Assembly (NCBI RefSeq): GCF_964204645.1
Contig: NC_134029.1
Location: 16,300,950 to 16,364,949, forward strand
Direction of reading: 5' to 3'
Source: Tubulanus polymorphus
Taxonomy: Eukaryota > Animalia > Nemertea
DNA: 64,000 bases
Positions within the stretch are counted from its first letter, which is position 1; each line of letters starts with the position of its first letter. The notes beneath the pieces were generated by a model. It saw nothing but the letters and a program-made list of their open reading frames with translations, did not search any database and had not been told where the DNA came from. Of this stretch, positions 35,739-50,100 are shown piece by piece. Both the position numbers and the translations under genes were made by a program.

Positions 35739-36691
35739 CGGTGTTGTCATATCGCGGAAAGACGGAATCGCGGAATTTGCCAAAAACGCGGAATTTCTTC
35801 ATTTTTACTATAAATAGTAAACGGGGTTTTCCCACGGGGATACCCACTGTCGGACAGGGCACCGGACCCAGGTTTTCAACACCGGGAATTAGTATTTGAT
35901 AATTTATTATATCGCCAGTCAACAACTTAACGATACTGTTCCAAATAATGGAGAACCTAGGCAATACGTGCTTTGCGAATTCAGTGATACAGAGTATCGC
36001 TGCATTAACTGAAGGAATACAAATCGATGGTACGTAAACGTAGGATTTGTGATGACATCATGGGTCATTCTCCAGGACTCATTTCCGAGTTAAGATTTGA
36101 CTCTGGTCTCTGGATTTAAAACAGTTAACTCACAACTGTGGAACTGGATCGATGTCAGACGAAAATAAATAGACATTATGTATATTTCATTCTGGCTTAG
36201 GATTGTTCATGCGTGTTGTGTGTCTACATTGTTGTTATAAGCGAATGTGGTTTATCTTTTAGAATTAAATGATATGAAAGATTATAAAATGGTTTCGTTT
36301 TTTTTAATGTTTACTTTGTGACTGCTATAACATATATGTCCCTATTTCATATATGTCATTTCTGAAGTTCTCAAAAAGTCGATGAACTTCGATAACCGAA
36401 GTTTGCCTAGTAGAAATAGACATTAGGTGCCTGGTCTCTTTCACCCCACTTGATTCTGACTTCTTCTACAGGTGGCAGCCAGTCAACGGTATCGTAATAT
36501 AATATTTCCATATAAAATTGCCTGCAAATAATGGGATTCGAACCTAACTCGTTGCATCGATCGGTCCGGTGCGCTGTCCGACAGTGGGTATCCCCGTGGG
36601 AAAACTCGTTTACTATTTAAAGTAAAAATGAAGAAATTCCGCGTTTTTGGAAAATTCCGCGATTCCGTCTTTCCGCGATATGACAACACCG
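35739..36691. mobile_element. 953-bp MITE with ~130-bp TIRs and 9-bp TSD (Mutator-like)
   Basis: TIRs CGGTGTTGTCATATCGCGGAAAGACGG.. at 35739-35868 and 36563-36691. TSD TACTTTCGG at 35730-35738 and 36692-36700. Confidence 0.9.
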
Positions 36692-37194
36692 TACTTTCGG
36701 TTCGGAGAAAAAACTTTTTTCAATATACTTGTTCGAACGAAAAACTTAATGTTCTGACAAGAAAATTCTGTTCAAATTAAAAAAGATTCTGTTCAATTGA
36801 ACGATTGTTCGAACGAAAAACCTTTCGTTTGGACAAAAAAAAAGTTTGTTCAACTTTGTTCTTACGATTTTTTCAAATTGGTTCAATCGTACAGAATATT
36901 ATTGGTTCGAACGAAATAAATTTTGTTCCGACGAAAGAATTTTCAAGCGAAGGGTCTTTTGAACGAAAAAAAAAATATTTCTGGTGCTCCGCAGTAACTT
37001 AAATCCGGACGTAGGTTGGTCTTGTGACACGAGGCGATCCTTGCGTTGCACCGCAAGTTTCGGTGCAAGTCGGTTGCAATACGATTGTGTGCGACTAGTT
37101 TCTGCCAGTCGCAAGAGCGCGTCGGTTGGTTGTGACAGTCGTGTCGCGTCGCAGAAAGTAGAACACGTGCGACTCCATGTGACTGGCGTTGCTG

Positions 37195-38370
37195 ACTGAT
37201 GAGGACGCCAGTGATATGACGACTGAGTTTCAAGTCGTCAAAACGTCACGATATGTCAACATATTTATGTTGACTTGATGCGATATATCGCGATATATCG
37301 ACATAAATATGGCGACTTGTCGAGTTTGAACGCGACAACTCGAGGCCCTTTATCGCTTCCGTACAATATCAGATTAATCGACTTCAAAAAAGGCGAAAGC
37401 ATAAGTCTTTATTACGTTATTAATTGGCCTAATTATTCAAAAGCTAAAGAAGCGATAAGGGGCCTCGAGATGTCGCGTTCCAACTCGACAAGTCGCCATA
37501 TTTATGTCGACATACCGCGATATATTGCGTCAAGTCGACATGAATATGTCGATATATTGTGACGTTTTGACGACATATTTCGTTTTCTCGACCATTTTTC
37601 TCGCGACAAGTCGACATATTCATGACGACTTGAAACTCAGTCGTCATATTACTAGCGTCCTCATCTTACATTTAGACATGTCTTCAAATGACGGCTTGTC
37701 CCGTGGAAAATGAGCAAAAAAGCGAAATTTGTTGTGAAAACGTCACGATTGTAGACATATTCATGTGGACTTAACGCGATATATCGCGATATATCGACAT
37801 AAATATGGCGACTTGTCGAGTTTGAACGCGACAACTCGAGGCCCTTTATCGCTTCCGTACTATATCAGATTAATCGACTTCAAAATAGGCGAAAGCATAA
37901 GTCTTTATTACGTTATTAATTGGCCTAATTATTCAAAAGCTAATAAAGTGGGCGACAAAACCAAAAAAATAATTGTCACGGGCGATGAAACCAAATTAAT
38001 CAATTGTCGCTGGCGATAAAACCAAAATATTGAATTGTCGCGGGCGCGAAACCAAAAAAATGAATTGTCGCGGGAGATAAAACCTAAATCTTGAATTGTC
38101 GCGGGCGACAAAACCAAAATATTGAATTGTAGCGGGCGACAAAACCAAACTAATGAATGGTCGCGGGCGATAAAACCAAAATATTGAATTGTCGCGTGGG
38201 ACAAAACCAAAATATTGAATTGTCGCGGGCGACAAAACCAAACTAATGAATTGTCGCGACAACTCGAGGCCCTTTATCGCTTCCGTACTATATCAGATTA
38301 ATCGACTTCAAAATAGGCGAAAGCATAAGTCTTTATTACGTTATTAATTGGCCTAATTATTCAAAAGCTA
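37195..38370. repeat. Foldback region: ~200-bp unit in direct and inverted copies
   Basis: CGACATAAATATGGCGACTTGTCGAGTTTGAACGCGACAACTCGAGGCCC at about 37309 and 37795, partial at 38255, inverted at about 37450-37665. Confidence 0.8.
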
Positions 38371-41300
38371 ATAATAAAGTGGGCGACAAAACCAAAAAAA
38401 TAATTGTCGCGGGCGATAAAACCAAAATAATCAATTGTCGCTGGCGATAAAACCAAAATATTGAATTGTCGCGGGTGACAAAACCAAAAAATGAATTGTC
38501 GCGGGCGACAAAACCAAACTAATGAATTGTCGCGGGCGACAAAACCAAAATAATGAATTGTCGCGGGCGATAAAACCAAAATAATGAATTGTCGCGGGCG
38601 ATAAAACCAAAATAATGAATTGTCGCGGGCGATAAAACCAAAATAATGAATTTTCGTGGGCGACAAAACCAAAAAAGAATTGTGGGGGCGACAAAACCAA
38701 AATAATAAATTGTCGCGGCAACAAAACCAAAATGGTGAATTGTCGCGGGCGACAAAACCAAAATGGTGAATTGTCCAGGCGACGAAACCAAAATGGTGAA
38801 TAGTCGCGGGCGACAAAACCAAAATAATGAATTGTCGCGGGCGATAAAACCAAAATAATGAATTGTCGCGGGCGATAAAACCAAAAAGAAGAATTGACGC
38901 GGGCGATAAAACCAAAATAATGAATTGTCGCAATGGCAAAACCAAAATGGTGAATTGTCGCGGGCGATAAAACCAAAATATTGAATTTTCGTGGGCGACA
39001 AAACCAAAATATTGAATTGTCGCGGGCGACAAAACCAAACTAATGAATTGTCGCGGGCGATAAAACCAAAATAATGAATTGTCGCGGGCGATAAAACCAA
39101 AATAATGAATTTTCGTGGGCGACAAAACCAAAAAAGAATTGTGGGGGCGACAAAACCAAAATAATAAATTGTCGCGGGCGACAAAACCAAAATGGTGAAT
39201 TGTCGCGGGCGACAAAACCAAAATAATGAATTGTCGCGGGCGATAAAACCAAAATGATGAATTGTCTCGGGTGACAAAACCAAAATAATGAATTGTCGCG
39301 GGCGATAAAACCAAACTAATGAATTTTCTTAGGCGACAAATCCAAAAAAAGAATTGTGGGGGCGACAAAACCAAAATAATAAATTGCGCGGGCGACAAAA
39401 CCAAAATGGTGAATTGTCCAGGCGACAAAACCGAAATAATGAATTGTCGCGGGCGATAAAACCAAAATAATGAATTGTCGCGGGCGATAAAACCAAAAAG
39501 ATGAATTGTCTCGGGTGACAAAACCGAAATAATGAATTGTCGTGGGCGATAAAACCGAAATAATGAATTGTCGCGGGCGATAAAACCAAAAAGATGAATT
39601 GTCTCGGGTGACAAAACCAAAATAATGAATTGTCGCGGGCGATAAAACCAAAATAATGAATTATCGCGGGCGATAAAACCAAAATATTGAATTGTCGCGG
39701 GCGATGAAATTAAAATAATGAATTGTCGCGGGCGACAAAACCAAAATATTGAATTGTCGCGTGCGATAAAACCGTAATAATGAATTGTCGCCGGCCATAA
39801 AACCAAAATAATGAATTGTCTCGGGCGACAAAACCAAACTAATGAATTTTCGTGGGCGACAAAACCAAAAAAAGAATTGTGGGGGCGACAAAACCAAAAT
39901 AATAAATTGTCGCGGGCGACAAAACCAAAATGGTGAATTGTCCAGGCGACAAAACCAAAATGGTGAATTGTCGCGGGCGACAAAACCAAAATAATGAATT
40001 GCCGCGGGCGATAAAACCAAAATGATGAATTGTCTCGTGTGACAAAACCAAAATAATGAATTGTCGCGGGCGATAAAACCAAAATAATGAATTATCGCGG
40101 GCGATAAAACCAAAATATTGAATTGTCGCGGGCGATGAAATTAAAATAATGAATTGTCGCGGGCGACAAATCCAAAATATTGAATTGTCGCGGGCGACAA
40201 AACCAAAATAATGAATTGTCGCTGGAGATAAAACCAAAGTAATGAATTGTCTTGGGCGATAAAACCAAAATAATGAATTGTCGCGGGCGATAAAACCAAA
40301 ATAATGAATTATCGCGGGCGATAAAACCAAAATATTGAATTGTCGCGGGCGATGAAATTAAAATAATGAATTGTCGCGGCAAAAAACCAAAATATTGAAT
40401 TGTCGCGGGCGACAAAACCAAAATAATGAATTGTCGCTGGAGATAAAACCAAAGTAATGAATTGTCTCGGGCGATAAAACCAAAATAATGAATTGTCGCG
40501 GGCGATAAAACCAAAATAATGAATTGTCGCGGGTGACAAAACCAAAATGGTGAATTGTCGCGGGCGACAAAACCAAAATGGTGAATTGTCGCGGGCGACA
40601 AAACCAAACTAATGAATTGTCGCAGGCGACAAAACCAAAAAAAGAATTGTCGGGGCGACAAAACCAAACTAATGAATTGTCGCGGGCGACAAAACCAAAA
40701 TAATGAATTGTCGCGGGCGATAAAACCAAAATAATGAATTGTCGCGGGCGATAAAACCAAAATAATGAATTGTCGCGGGCGATAAAACCAAAATAATGAA
40801 TTTTCGTGGGCGACAAAACCAAAAAAGAATTGTGGGGGCGACAAAACCAAAATAATAAATTGTCGCGGGCGACAAAACCAAAATGGTGAATTGTCGCGGG
40901 CGACAAAACCAAAATAATGAATTGTCGCGGGCGATAAAACCAAAATGATGAATTGTCTCGGGTGACAAAACCAAAATAATGAATTGTCGCGGGCGATAAA
41001 ACCAAACTAATGAATTTTCTTAGGCGACAAATCCAAAAAAAGAATTGTGGGGGCGACAAAACCAAAATAATAAATTGTCGCGGGCGATAAAACCAAAATA
41101 ATGAATTGTCGCGGGCGATAAAACCAAAAAGATGAATTGTCTCGGGTGACAAAACCAAAATAATGAATTGTCGCGGGCGATAAAACCAAAATAATGAATT
41201 GTCGCGGGCGATAAAACCAAAATAATGAATATTCGCGGGCGATAAAACCAAAAAGATGAATTGTCTCGGGTGACAAAACCAAAATAATGAATTGTCGCGG

Positions 41301-42428
41301 GCGATAAAACCAAAATAATGAATTATCGCGGGCGATAAAACCAAAATATTGAATTGTCGCGGGCGATGAAATTAAAATAATGAATTGTCGCGGGCGACAA
41401 AACCAAAATATTGAATTGTCGCGGGCGACAAAACCAAAATAATGAATTGTCGCTGGAGATAAAACCAAAGTAATGAATTGTCGCGGGCGATAAAACCAAA
41501 ATATTGAATTGTCGCGGGCGACAAAACCAAACTAATGAATTGTCGCGGGCGACAAAACCAAAAAAAGAATTGTCGGGGCGACAAAACCAAAATAATGAAT
41601 TGTCGCGGGCGATAAAACCAAAATGATGAATTGTCTCGTGTGACAAAACCAAAATAATGAATTGTCGCGGGCGATAAATCCAAAATAATGAATTATCGCG
41701 GGCGATAAAACCAAAATATTGAATTGTCGCGGGCGATGAAATCAAAATAATGAATTGTCGCGGGCGACAAAACCAAAATATTGAATTGTCGCGGGCGACA
41801 AAACCAAAATAATGAATTGTCGCGGGCGATAAAACCAAAATAATGAATTATCGCGGGCGATAAAACCAAAATATTGAATTGTCGCGGGCGAAGAAATTAA
41901 AATAATGAATTGTCGCGGGCGACAAAACCAAAATATTGAATTGTCGCGGGCGACAAAACCAAAATAATGAATTGTCGCTGGAGATAAAACCAAAGTAATG
42001 AATTGTCTTGGGCGATAAAACCAAAATAATGAATTGTCGCGGGCGATAAAACCAAAATAATGAATTGTCGCGGGTGACAAAACCAAAATGGTGAATTGTC
42101 GCGGGCGACAAAACCAAAATGGTGAATTGTCGCGGGCGACAAAACCAAACTAATGAATTGTCGCGGGCGACAAAACCAAAAAAAGAATTGTCGGGGCGAC
42201 AAAACCAAAATAATGAATTGTCGCGGGCGATAAAACCAAAATAATGAATTGTCGCGGGCGATAAAACCAAAATAATGAATTGTCGCGGGTGACAAAACCA
42301 AAATGGTGAATTGTCGCGGGCGACAAAACCAAAATGGTGAATTGTCGCGGGCGATAAAACCAAAATATTGAATTGTCGCGTGTGACAAAACCAAAATAAT
42401 GAATTGTCGTGGGCGACAAAATCAAAAT
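37950..42428 (+). repeat. 31-bp satellite array (interrupted at 38255-38375)
   Basis: Same unit; higher-order duplication with a 1691-bp offset (39316 vs 41007). Confidence 0.97.
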
Positions 42429-44149
42429 CATTGTTTTCTCGCGTTATTTTAGTTTTGTCGTTTCGTCGTAATGTCGCCCTCATTTGCATATTCGTGTTTT
42501 TTTATCTTATCAGCCACCATACTAAAGCCTTAAGGTCGCGTAAAACTCGATAAACACTTCAAGCGACACAGCGAGCGATCTCCTTTCCCCCACAGCGAAC
42601 GCTTACTCCGAATGTCAAGTGTGAGTCCAGCATACGGATAGGAGTGTGTTATATACTTGTATTTAGTAAATACCTTGTGCATTTGACAATGATCGGTATT
42701 TACTGTAGGAAATATAGATTATTGATAAATGGTTGAAGCCCGCGGCCGAATAAAGTAATATATTCTTTTATCTTGATACCTCGTCGACATAACAGCTTTT
42801 CTCCGCCATATCTCTTCGGCCTGTTTAGTTAAGGCCTACGATTCCCCGGTACACTAAAGATTTATCTTAGTAAATACACGGTTAATTCGGTAAAGAAAAA
42901 TTGGTATTGTTAAACTAACTCCTTGAAACCCGCAGCTAAATCACTGGTAGTAATAAATTAATTTGTACTCGATTTGATTCTCATGATGAGGAGAAACTCG
43001 CAGCTCATCCCCGGAACGTCGATGTAGTAACACACCTCGATTCGTCGATGTTTACGGCACGACAGTGCTTTTAAAATCTAAAGTAGTAAATTTCCAGTGT
43101 ATCGGTAATATGATTTGATGAGGAAAATGGGCTATTGTTAAAATCACTGTTTGAAGACCGCGACTGAATGTGAAGTCTGCGGCAATAAATTAGTTCATTT
43201 ATACTTGAATTGATAATCGAAGTGACAGTCGGCCTGCGGGTTGATTTCGGGATGACGACTCGAAAAACATGTCGCCCCATTGAATAGGGCTAAATTTTCG
43301 ATGTTTACAGCCCGACAGCGCTTTTGTAACGATGATTCGTCAAAAAACACGCGGGCTATTTGTAGATCTCAGTGAGCTGAACGATATTATATGGATTGTA
43401 TATGAAACAGCGGTAAGGTAACAAAGCCTATGTTCTTTTGGTAAAAATAGTGTGGAAGAAAATAATAATAAATATAGCTGCAAAGCAGCGATAACGGGTT
43501 TTCTGCACAGTCTTAGAATCCTGTTCAACGGTGGATTTCAACAAAGCATTTGATAAGGCTCAACATCAGCCATTACTAAACAGGCTATTAGGAAACAGTA
43601 TCAATGATAGGTCGCCCAAATGGCTCAGCAGTTATCTCTGAACGGAAACTTGTAACCGAAATCAACGGAACGCCTCATCTTGGAATGAGACGGTCTAACT
43701 AGTGGAGTCACGCAAGGTAGTATCCTAAGTCGTCTTCTGTTTAATCTCCTGACAAATGACATACACAGTAATCCAAAATATACCAGACCGAGTAAATTTC
43801 CAAAACGACCTTAACACACTGTTCGACCAAAAAACTTAATGTTCCGACAAAACCACGGGCGACAAAACCAAAATTATGAATTGTCGCGGGTGACAAAACC
43901 AAAATATTGAATTGTCACGGGTGACAAAACAAAAATAATGAATTGTCGCGGGCGATAAAACCAAAATAATGAATTGTCGCGGGCGATAAAACCACAATAA
44001 TGAATTGTCGCGGGCGTTAAAACCAAAATATTGAATCGTCGCGGGCGATAAAACCAAAATAATGAATTGTCGCGGACGGCAAAAACAAAATAATGAATTG
44101 TTGCGTGCGACAAAACCAAAATAATGAATTGTCGCGGGCGACAAAACCA

Positions 44150-45412
44150 AACTAGGGGTCCAGGGACACCATGCTCACTTGGGAAGTGGTTTCAAACGCT
44201 CAACTATCTAACAATTTAAATACATAACGCCCTCTAGTGACCATATACAAAAACCAATGACCTTGAAACCCACCACAATCATAGAACATGTGAGCAGCTA
44301 TGATTTTGTAATTGATTGTGATAACAAAATATGCCTCGTTACCAATTTAATATGGAAATACTAAGTTATTCTACTATTCAACGCCCTCTGGTGACCATAT
44401 GCAAAACCCAATGACCTTAAAACTCACCGCAATCGTAGTACATGTCATGAACTACATCTTAACAATGGATCATGGTAACAAACTATGCCTAGGTACCAAT
44501 CTAATAAGGAAAAACTAAGCTTTTCTACTATTCAACGCCTCCTGGTGACTATATGGAATAACGAATGTCCTTAAAAACTCACCACAATCATAGACGATGT
44601 CATGAACTACAACTTTGCAATTGATCATGGTAACAAAATATGCCTTGGTACAAATATAATATAGCGATACTAAGTTATTGTATTATTCAACGCCCCCTGA
44701 TGGCCACATACAAAAACCAATGACCTTGAAACTCACCAAAATCATAGAACACGTTATGGGCTACAACTTTCCAATTGGATATAGTAACACAATATGCTTA
44801 GGTATCAATTTAATGTGGAAAAACTTTTTCCCACCTACGAATGAGTACTGATGACACCAAGATGGCCGCCAATTGCGTCATAATTGTCTGATCAAAATAC
44901 CTGTCCCAGGTATAAAACATCCCTCTCTAAAGAATACCCATCAGCAATTGCAATGAGAAATGGCAAACCAGTAGGAAGCTACAGGACCTAGAATTCTGGC
45001 CAAAATTGACATTTTTGGGCACTAAAAAGGTCATAGGACGGCCATCTTGAGTCAGATCGACCCAATTTTCTTATGCTGATGGGCCTTTGGTAGATTCAAA
45101 TATAAACGAAAGATCAAGGTAATTGATCAAAGCGTCTTCAAAATTTCCCACGAAAACTTCGAAAATGTTTAAAAAGTGCTGATTATGGCAAACAACAATG
45201 GCTGCCAGTCGACCATCTTGAATCTGACAGGGCCAGTTTTTGGGCTGACGATGTGTCTAGGGTAGATACATGTATAAACCAAATATCAAGACATTACCTT
45301 GAAGCGTCTTCAAAACTTCCCGAAATAACTGGATTCCGTCTATGGACGGACGGACGGACGAAAAGTGTACGCAATAGCCCGCTGGGACTAAAGTCCCAAG
45401 TGGACTGAAAAA
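44150..45412 (-). mobile_element. HINE family B long form, four internal units
   Basis: Same insertion point within the 31-bp satellite as 30630-32044. Confidence 0.8.
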
Positions 45413-46560
45413 GAATTGTCGCGGGCGATAAAACAAAAATATTGAATTGTCGCGGGTGATAAAACCAAAATATTGAATTGTCGCGGGCGACAAAACCAAA
45501 CTAATGAATTGTCGCGGGCGATAAAACCAAACTATGAATTGTTGCGGGCGATAAAACCAAAATAATGAATTGTCTCGGGCGACAAAAACATAATATTTAA
45601 TTGTCACGTGCGATAAAACCAAAATAATGAATTATCGCGGGCGACAAAACCAAAATGGTGTATTGTCGCGGGCAACAAAACCAAAAAAAAATTGTCGCGG
45701 ACGACAAAAACAAAATATCTAAAAAAAATAATGAATTGTCTCGGGCGACAAAACCAAAAAGAAGAATTGTCGCGGGAGACAAAACCAAAATAATGAATTG
45801 TCGCTGGAGATAAAACCAAAGAAACGAATTGTCGCGGGCGATAAAACCAAAATATTGAATTGTCGCGGGCGACAAAAACCAAACTAATGAATTGTCGCGG
45901 GCGACAAAACCAAAAAAAAGAATTGTCGGGGCGACAAAACCAAAATAATGAATTGTCGCGGGCGATAAAACCAAAATAATGAATTGTCGCGGGCGACAAA
46001 ACCAAAATGGTGAATTGTCGCGGGCGACAAAACCAAAATAATGAATTGTCGCGGGCGATAAAACCGTAATGATGAATTGTCACGGGCGATAAAACCAAAA
46101 TAATGAATTATCGCGGGCGACAAAACCAAAAAAATGAATTATCGCAGGCGATAAAACCAAAATATTGAATTGTCGCGGGCGACAAATCAAAAAAAAAATT
46201 GTCGTGGGCGACAAAAACGAAATATAAAACCAAAATAATGAATTGTCGCGCGCGATAAAACCGTAATAATGAATTGTCGCGGGCGATAAAACCAAAATAA
46301 TGAATTATCGCGGGCGACAAAACCAAAATGATGAATTATCGCGGGCGATAAAACCAAAATATTGAATTGTCGCGGGCGACAAAACCAAACTAATGAATTG
46401 TTGCGGGCGATAAAACCAAAATAATGAATTGTCGTGTGCGACAAAACCAAAATAATGAATTGTCGCGGGCGATAAAACCAAAATAATGAATTGTCGCGGG
46501 CGATAAAATCAAAATAATGAGTTGTCGCGGGCGATAAAACCGAAATAATGTTTTGTCGCG
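45413..46560 (+). repeat. 31-bp satellite array (also 43845-44150)
   Basis: Same unit. Confidence 0.97.
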
Positions 46561-47115
46561 TTATTTTAGTTTTGTGGTTTTGTCATAATGTCGCCCTCAT
46601 TTGCATATACGTGTTTTTTTTACGCATGGCCCTTTGTGGGCTATGATTGCCACATTAAATGGTCCAGGTTTGAGTAAAATAAGCAAGACCGCCGGAGAGG
46701 TGAACAACGACCAATATGTTTGGTGTCTAAGTAAACTCTGATTTATTTATCTACTCGCTACAGCATAAGTTCATGCGGGGCTTACATAGGCGGGGTTACA
46801 TGAACTGAGGGGAGTGCGTTACTGGTAACTGACATATAACAATTCCCGACATTCTCCCGGGCGACAGAAAATTACTAGATAGATGTAATTAAGAAAAATG
46901 TTACTACAACTAAATAATATCGAAATTCGAATAAATGATGCATGTATATTGTTATAAATTTATGATAGTCAGATAAGGAACTACTGACAACTAAAAATGA
47001 TGTGTATAATTGAAATTAATTCTAAAACTAAGATTATAAAGTCTATTACATTGCGTTGTGTTTGTTGTTTAGGTCTCCGAGTGACCTAGCGTTGACCTGA
47101 GCGGTTATCAATTAA

Positions 47116-50100
47116 TTAACTACTACATGTATCAGACAGCACGTTAGCCCATCTACTGATGTTATTTCTAGCCTCGGCAGCTGCCTTTCTCGTCGAACGA
47201 CGTGTGACGGGTGCAGAATTTACGTTTGAGTCCGGTTTGCACGTGTTCGAGGGATCTGCGGCGCGCACTTCAAGAGGGTAGAGTTTGCTAATTGGTCGAT
47301 TAGTCCTGCCATTCGAAATTTTGATCTTAGCGGTTCTAACTAAGCCGTCGTTCCCCGGAACGAGTTCCTCGACCAGTGCTAGTTTCCATTTCAGACGCGA
47401 ATTATGATTGTCGTCGTGTACTAACACGACATCACCCTTTCTGATGGTATTTCCAGTTAATCCGCGATTTTTAAATTGGATGTGTCTTTCGCCTAGGGCT
47501 GTTACGTATTCCTCAGCCCAACGTTTCCACAGATGTTGTTTTAATGAACCGATTCGCACCGAACGTTTTTCAAATTCTGACGGCACATTTCCAAGCGTCG
47601 GGTCGGTCAGTTCATCGTAACTTACGAACAGATGCGGTAAACTCGTGAGAACGCGACCGTGAAGGAAATGTGACGGGGTTAAAGGTTCTGGGTCGTCCAC
47701 ATCAGATGAACAGTACGATATCGGGCGATTATTTACAGCTTGTTCAGTCTCTGATACGATCGTAATCAATTCCAGCAGGGATATTCGCGCACGCCCCAGA
47801 ACTTTTTTGATCGCGGTTTTTGTTATTCCAACTAGCCTTTCGTAAAATCCACCAAACCAGGGGGCTCGACGAGTTATCATGACCCACTCTGATCGGTGTA
47901 GGCTGAAGTACTTTCGGGTTTCGATCGATTCGTATATCTTTTTGATAGCATTGTTACTCGCAATAAAGGTTGATTGGTTGTCCGATATTATTTTCTGTGG
48001 TAACGAACGTCTGGCAGCCATTCTCCTCAACGCGTGTAGGAATGTTGACGTAGTCATGTCCGTTACCACTTCCAGATGGATGGCACGCGTGTTGGCTCAA
48101 GTAAACAAGCATATATACGCGAGTGACTCCTCCCCGGATTTCGACCGAAGATGTAGTGCACCGGTGAAATCTAAACCACAGACGGTGAAGGGTGGAGCCT
48201 CTTTCAAACGCGAAGATTGTAACGGAGCGCAGTTTGGTAACGAGTACGGTTTACCGTTGATATATTTGCATATGACGCATTTTCTCAACAACTTCCGAGC
48301 CACTTGACGAACACGAGTAATCCAATACTTTTGTCGGACTACGGTTATAGTAGATTCTGTACCGAGGTGTTTGACCTTATTATGGGAATCCAGTACGATT
48401 AATTCACTATATCTACAATGAGGTAACAATATCGGAAACTTTGCATCGTATCCGATGGGCGCGTTATGGAGACGGCCTCCAACACGAATGATATCATCTT
48501 CTAAAAACAAACGAAGTTTCTTTACAAGTGATGGCCTTTTCTTAGATTTATGTTCTAAACTAACTTTCACGTCATTGAAGTAACTCGATTGAACACCTTT
48601 GTTCCATAGATCTTCGCATTCTGCTATTTCGTTAGCAGTTATTTCATCCGATTCATGGTTTTCACATCTTAACTTTTTAATAAATCGTCGAACTAGCGCG
48701 GTTACGCGTAATAGCCTTGTTAACGAAGTGAAATCGTTCTGATCTATTACGTTACATATTCCGACTTCGTTGTTTTCGCAGATTTTTTCGTCAGGCTGTT
48801 TGTCCTCGTCCATTTCGGTTATGAGCAAAACTGCTCGATTGATCGTGTCGCAGGTGGGATAATTACCGTTGCTAAGCCAGCTAGGGCCATTCCACCAGAG
48901 CGTGCATCGCGTAATTTGTTCGCACGATATTCCTCTGCTTAACATATCAGCCGGATTGTCACTCGTCGGACAATATTTATAGCGACCGATTGTTGTTACC
49001 GATTTAATTTGACGCACGCGATTAGCTACGAAGACGGGAAGCTTTTTCTCGGAGTTGATCCAGTGTAACACAATCTGGCTATCTGACCAGAGCACGCACT
49101 TTGTTATGACTATTTCAGTAATCAGACTGTTTCGAACGTAATCTGTTAATTTAGCACCAATCAACGCGGCCATTAATTCTAACTGCGGTATCGTATGTTT
49201 TTTAACAGGTGCCACATGCGATTTAGACATGACGAGTACCGTCTGATCTCCACGTATTTCGCTAATTTCACGTAATTCCGTTATCAACGAGATCCACGAT
49301 TCGACTACGCGCTCGGGTAGGGTTTCGTCCCACTCATAACCTTCCGTCCACAACTGCTGTACGAACATCTTCGACTTAATATGGACAGGCGAGACGTATC
49401 CTAACGGGTCATAAAGGCTCGAGACAGCCTTAACGATTTCGCGTTTGGTAATCAAGTCAGGATTGGCGAACGCTTGTTTGTTTTTGAATGACAGCGTATC
49501 ATTCACCGTATCCCATTGGAGTCCGAGCGTAGAAACAATAGTTTTCTCGTCCGATAAATTATCGGAATCTGCTTTGGCCTTTAGTAACGAAGAGTTAGAA
49601 GCATAAGACTGAAGTTTAAATCCGCCGTTTTTCATTATGCTATTGATATTCGTATAGTATTTCATGAGATCGCTCTCAGATTCACATCCACTAATCGCGT
49701 TGTCGACATATATATTTTTAACTAAGTCGCGTGATACATGGTTATTATAATTATTTAGATGAAAACGAACAGTAGCATTCAATATAAAGGGTGAACTCAC
49801 CACGCCGAACAATATAACCTTGAAGCGATAGGTTTTGAGTTCACTTTCTGGATTCTTAGGATCAGTCAACCATAGAAATTTCGTATACTCGCGATCATCA
49901 TCGTGCAGACCAACTTGAAGAAACGCCTTTTCGATATCCGCCGACAATCCGAATTTATGCAACCTGAATCTGATCAGGATTGAACCGAGGTCATTCAGCA
50001 GCGTCGGACCGGTCTCCAAACAATCATTTAAACTAGGGTTTCCCGCGGTCGATAAAGACGCGTTATAGACGATACGGATAGGGGTTGTTGACGATTCCTT

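Larger units (their letters stand above)
35123..43469 (-). mobile_element. HINE composite unit C
   Basis: Same 3' terminus and RT fragment. Carries a MITE, a foldback region and a 4-kb satellite array. Confidence 0.72.
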
